In this document: piece by piece, positions 59,601 to 64,000 of the stretch
Position numbering within the stretch: the first letter of the stretch is position 1
Layout: every line of letters starts with the position of its first letter
From: the human T2T-CHM13v2.0 reference genome, Homo sapiens
Assembly: GCF_009914755.1 (NCBI RefSeq)
Contig: NC_060927.1
Length of the DNA stretch: 64,000 nucleotides
Direction: 5' to 3' (one strand)
Notes under the pieces: model-generated
Told to the model about the DNA's origin: nothing
Database searches by the model: none
What the model saw: the letters and a program-made list of their open reading frames with translations, nothing else
Program-made: the position numbers and the translations under genes

Positions 59601-60829
59601 AAAATAGCTTTATTCTTGCCGTCATAAGCCTGAGCACTGGGGGATTCAATTCCCTTGCCAACTTCTTGAAACTCCAGCCCAAGGCATTGGAGTGTCACTT
59701 AAAGCTCTGCACTTCTTAATCAAATCCCAAGTTTTTCATTTCCCAATACTTAGGTTTTATTCGCTCTCCAACAACAGTATCAAATGAGCTTGGTTTTCAT
59801 TTTACAATTATGTTCTTTTTCTAAACTGGTATGAAAAAAAGTTAAAAGGTATCCCAGAGGTAAATATAAAGAAGGTGAAATATAGTTATTAGTGTTGGTT
59901 TTTTTGGAAGAAAAGCTTTTATGTTTCTTACAAACCATTCATTCTAGTTCATAAATTGGCAGGAAGAAATGGTCACTCACTTGAATGTCATCAAAACTGA
60001 TGCTTAAGCCAGGTGAAAGTGAAATAAAATCTATGCCAGCAAGCTTGTATGAAGAAAAATATATATTTCCAGCTGTACTACAACTAAATATAAGCATTAA
60101 AGGGCTTAGAGGAGAAAAAATGGAAACATTATGGTTGGTGAGTTAGGGAACAAATCAGTATTTACATAGTCATATGAATGAAGGTTACTATGGTTAACCC
60201 TCTCTTCCATTAATTATACCTAAATTGTATATCTTTTTTTTTTTTTACTTGGGGTATAGTTCTTTCCATGCTCACAAACTCAGACTGTCGTTTGTGAACA
60301 TCTTCTCCATCACTCCTACAAGCTAACAGCCTCTTCTTGCCTTATCACGACCTCTCTTCCCTGCCCACACACACATACTTCTTTAAGGCTTTTTTTTTTT
60401 TTTTTTTTTTTTTTTACCTCCACCTCCTGTATTTGCTTGTATCATGTTTGTGAGCACTGGCATAAATCCTTTCCATTGGACCCAGTCTTTTTCCGTAGAC
60501 ATTCTCCTAAAAAAAAAGAAAGTTAAACTTTTTCCATTTGAGGCCACCCTCACTTGCAAACTGAACTTTGGTTCTTCTTTGTTCTGCCTGCCAATAACAT
60601 CTAGAGTAGGCCAAGGAGATGTAGGGGTATGCCGACAGCATTTATTACCCCTTTCAACTCCAATGTGTTCCTTCCTCTATATCATTCCCCTCTTTTAAAA
60701 CTTTTTTTCCCTATGAAACTAGCAAAGACAAGAAATATGTCCTGGTAGAAGGGATGGTAAAGAGGGGGAATGCTAATATTTTACAGAAGAAGTTAGACCT
60801 TATCTCCAGTAGGTAGAATAATGGGTTTT

Positions 60830-61067
60830 AGCCAACCTAAAAGTCATAGCTAAGGCCCACAGATGAAGGCACCCAGTTGAGTTCAGCAAAGCTGCCTGCC
60901 CAACCAGAGAAGGATGCAGATGAATGATGGAACCCGGTCATAACCAGAAGAACTGCCAAGCTAAGTCTCATCTAAATTGCCAAACTGCAGAATTAGGAAT
61001 TAAATTCTTATGGCTGTAATTTACTAAATATTAAGGTGATGTTGCACAGCAATCGATAAATAATACG
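60830..61067 (+). mobile_element. MLT1(F/G/H)-like LTR 3' part
   Basis: ccagaagaactgccaagctaag...gttgcacagcaatcgataaataatac. Confidence 0.5.
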
Positions 61068-61222
61068 ACATTTGCATCACTACCATATTACTCCACAGGA
61101 AGAGTTTGCATCCCTGGATCCTTGCATAGCTACTTCTTGCATGCATGGAATGTCTTCACAAGCAAGTTGGTAATCTTTGCTAGTTTAGCTCTCAAACTGT
61201 TCATCTGTAAAAAGAAGGTGTT

Positions 61223-61355
61223 TGCCAAGTGCAATGGCTCATGTCATAATCTCAGTGCTTTGGGAGGCCAAAATAGGATAAACATTTGAGGCCAGGACTT
61301 TAAGACCAGCCTGGGCAACATAGTGAGACCCCATCTCTAAAATATATATATATTA
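61223..61355 (+). mobile_element. FLAM / AluJ left monomer
   Basis: Single left arm with gggcaacatagtgagacccc; flanks aaaaagaaggt / aaaaatgaaggt. Confidence 0.8.
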
Positions 61356-61805
61356 AAAATGAAGGTACTACCATGTGATATACAACACCACATTCAGCTC
61401 CATGACTCTAAGAATAAAAAGAAAAAAGGATTTTTAAAAATCCTTTTCTTTAAAAATAGAGCATGGCTGGTAGATGCACCAAAGATTACTACTTCTTATT
61501 TAACCGGATGAGTAAATTTTAGCAACTTTTAAAATGAAATTAATCTCTGAGTTGAATATATACATTTATTTCACACTTGCTTTTCTCATTATTTACCACC
61601 ACAGCAAAAGAAACTGAAGGATGTGGTATAGTAACAAAAATAAACAGTGAACAATAGAAAAAGAAGGAGTGTTTGAATTATCAAGTAATGAGCCCCATTA
61701 CTAACCCCTAATTAAAAACACACACACAGAGCACAGTAGTCTCTGTTTCTATATAATATAGATTTAATAACTTTGTCTTTATATTAAAAAAATCTAGTAA
61801 GTTAC

Positions 61806-62272
61806 TGTGATAGTTAATACTGAGTGTCAACTTGATTGAAGGATACAAAGTACTGATCCTGGGTGTGTCTGTGAGGGTGTTGCTGAAGATCAACTTTTGA
61901 CTCAGTGGGCTGGGGAAGGTAGACCCACCTTTAATTGGGTGGGCACCATCTATTCAGCTGCCAGCGAATATAAAGCCGACCGAAAAACGTGAAAAGGAGA
62001 GACTTGCCTAGTCTCCCAGCCTACATCTTTCTCCCCTGCTGAATGCTTCCTGCCCTCAAACATCGGACTCCAAGTTGTTCAGTTTTAAGACTCGGACGGG
62101 CTCTTCTTGCTCCTCAGCTTGCAGAAGGCCTATTGTGGAACCTTGAGATCATGCAAGTTAATACTTAATAAACTCCTCATATATATATGTGTGTGTGTGT
62201 GTGTGTATGTGTGTGTGTGTATATCTATATATCCTATTAGTTCTGTCCCTTTATAAAACCTTGACTAATACA
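61806..62272 (+). mobile_element. MLT2A (A1-like) HERV-L solo LTR
   Basis: tgtgatagttaatactgagtgtcaac...gactaataca; internal TA/TG repeat; perfect 5-bp TSD gttac. Confidence 0.92.
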
Positions 62273-62562
62273 GTTACTTTACGCTTTCTGAAGTAGGGTT
62301 AATCACAACAACTAAATTTAATAGATGCTTTATTTTAAATGCAAGATAAACATAAATTTTGTGTGTATTGTCAATTTATTTCCTCTCAGCTCCAAATTTG
62401 CATGTCTTGACTCTTACTTTGTGATGTTGAAGCTGGACTCTGACGTCAGTTTCCTCAAGGCAGCTGACACAATGTTAGGCTTTGTCAATAGAGGGTGCTG
62501 GAGGGATGTTGAAAGACAAAATAGAGGCAGGAGCTTCTCTTCCTGGTTCAGAAGTTTCATCT

Positions 62563-62861
62563 GGCCAGGTGCCATGGCTCAGGCCTGTAATCCCAGAACT
62601 TTGGGAGGCCGAGGCTGGCAGATCACCTGAGGTCAGGAGTACGAGACCAGCCAGGCCAACATGGTGAAACACTGTCTCTACTAAAAATTAAAAAATGAGC
62701 TAGGTGTGGTGGTGCACCTGTAATCCCAGCTACTTAGGAGGCTGAGGCAGGAGAATCACATGAACCTGTGAGGCAGAGGTTGCAGTGAGCTCAGATCCTG
62801 CGCCACTGCATTCCAGCCTGGGCGAGAGAGCGAGACTCCATCTAAAAAAAAAAAAAAAAAA
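62563..62861 (+). mobile_element. AluS inserted in LTR33-like sequence
   Basis: Full dimer with poly-A; upstream ttaggctttgtcaatagagggtgctggaggg resembles LTR33. Confidence 0.92.
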
Positions 62862-64000
62862 GGGTTCTTGGTTCTTGGTACAGCTCTCAGTAGTTGGGTA
62901 TGCAATTGACCCAGCGCAGTCACTCTCTGGCTAGTTCCTAGACCACAGAGGTAGGATACACAATGAATGCCACAGTGGTGTACCTGATCCTATGGGTCAA
63001 CTCAGTCTGCTGACTCTGCAGCCAGTCCCTGTGCTCCCAGCTGGCTGCTTTCTATGAATGAACTCCAGCTTTTAGTGTTTATATTAACCAAGTTACCCAA
63101 TAAGCAATAAGTACTATCATATTGTTTTGATCACGTTTGACTAGCAGTCAACTATTACATCAAAAAATACATAAAAATTAACAATTCATATATGCTTTCT
63201 AAAGTTTCAAAAATAAACTTCAAAGTGGACAGTATAACTGCTCTATCAAATAATAAGCAAATTAAGAGAGCTACATCCAGTCTGACTTTTTTTTTCAGGA
63301 GAATATAAGTTCATTTACTATAGTCGAAAGATAGTAACATTATTCTCAATATGTAAAATATCAGTTATGGTTTTCAGAAGGTAACAATCTGAAATAATAT
63401 CAGTACTGTAAACACTTATACAGTCTTATAAATGTCATGGAATTTTACTAAAGAGGACTAAATTCTCTAGAAATTCATTGTGGATGTGGGCCAGCAGCAG
63501 TTGCAATTTGGCTCATAGTTTTTATCAGACCAGGTTCCCCAGAAGCAGATTCTAAGAAGAGGATTCTTTTGCTAGTGATGTAGTAAAATTGTATTTCCAG
63601 AAGATGGCTAAGAATGGAGATGGAGGGATGATGGAATTCGAAGAAACATATGATAGAGAGGAAGCAAACAAACGGTGCTACTGCAGACAATGTCCCAGAA
63701 GGGTGATATCAGCCTGCTACCACAGAACTCTGGCATATGAATCATGAGCTTGGTTGTCATAATCTCATAAGTTCAGTAATTGGCTAAGGGCAATTGAGCA
63801 GAGCAACAGTGTGTGCTACTTAGCAAAGGAAAATAATTCTTCTGTCTTTCTCGGTGTCTTTATTTCAGATGCTTGTCAGAACTATTCTGAACAACATAGA
63901 ACAGAGACAAGATTTGGAATCAAATAACTTATCAAAAGATCAGGCACGGTGTAAAATAGTGATGATCGGAGATGGATTTAGCAGTACAATGGCACTCTCC

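Overview
Primate, almost certainly human, AT-rich non-coding genomic DNA (intergenic or deep intronic). The assignment to human rests on an AluYa5-lineage insertion. I see no CpG island, no intact protein-coding gene and no recognisable RNA gene. The six-frame ORFs are Alu-, L1-, LTR- or microsatellite-derived, or short chance ORFs. The window holds about 16 Alu pieces, solo LTRs (LTR14C-like HERV-K group, MLT2A, two THE1, MLT1/MST, MER34-like), L1 and L2 fragments, hAT/Tigger MITEs and simple repeats. Best leads: (1) a repeat-poor island at 40.7-43.9 kb with exon-like blocks and phase-compatible splice junctions, possibly a decayed unitary pseudogene or spliced lncRNA; (2) CpG-retaining, motif-dense enhancer-like blocks at 10.2, 12.7, 44.1 and 59.4 kb plus a perfect CTCF core at 11.6 kb; (3) a templated-insertion/hairpin scar at 7.3-7.46 kb; (4) young AluYa and AluYd elements; (5) an Alu and an L1 sharing one target site. 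Repeat subfamily names come from remembered consensus sequences and need RepeatMasker/Dfam confirmation. I could not identify the locus.
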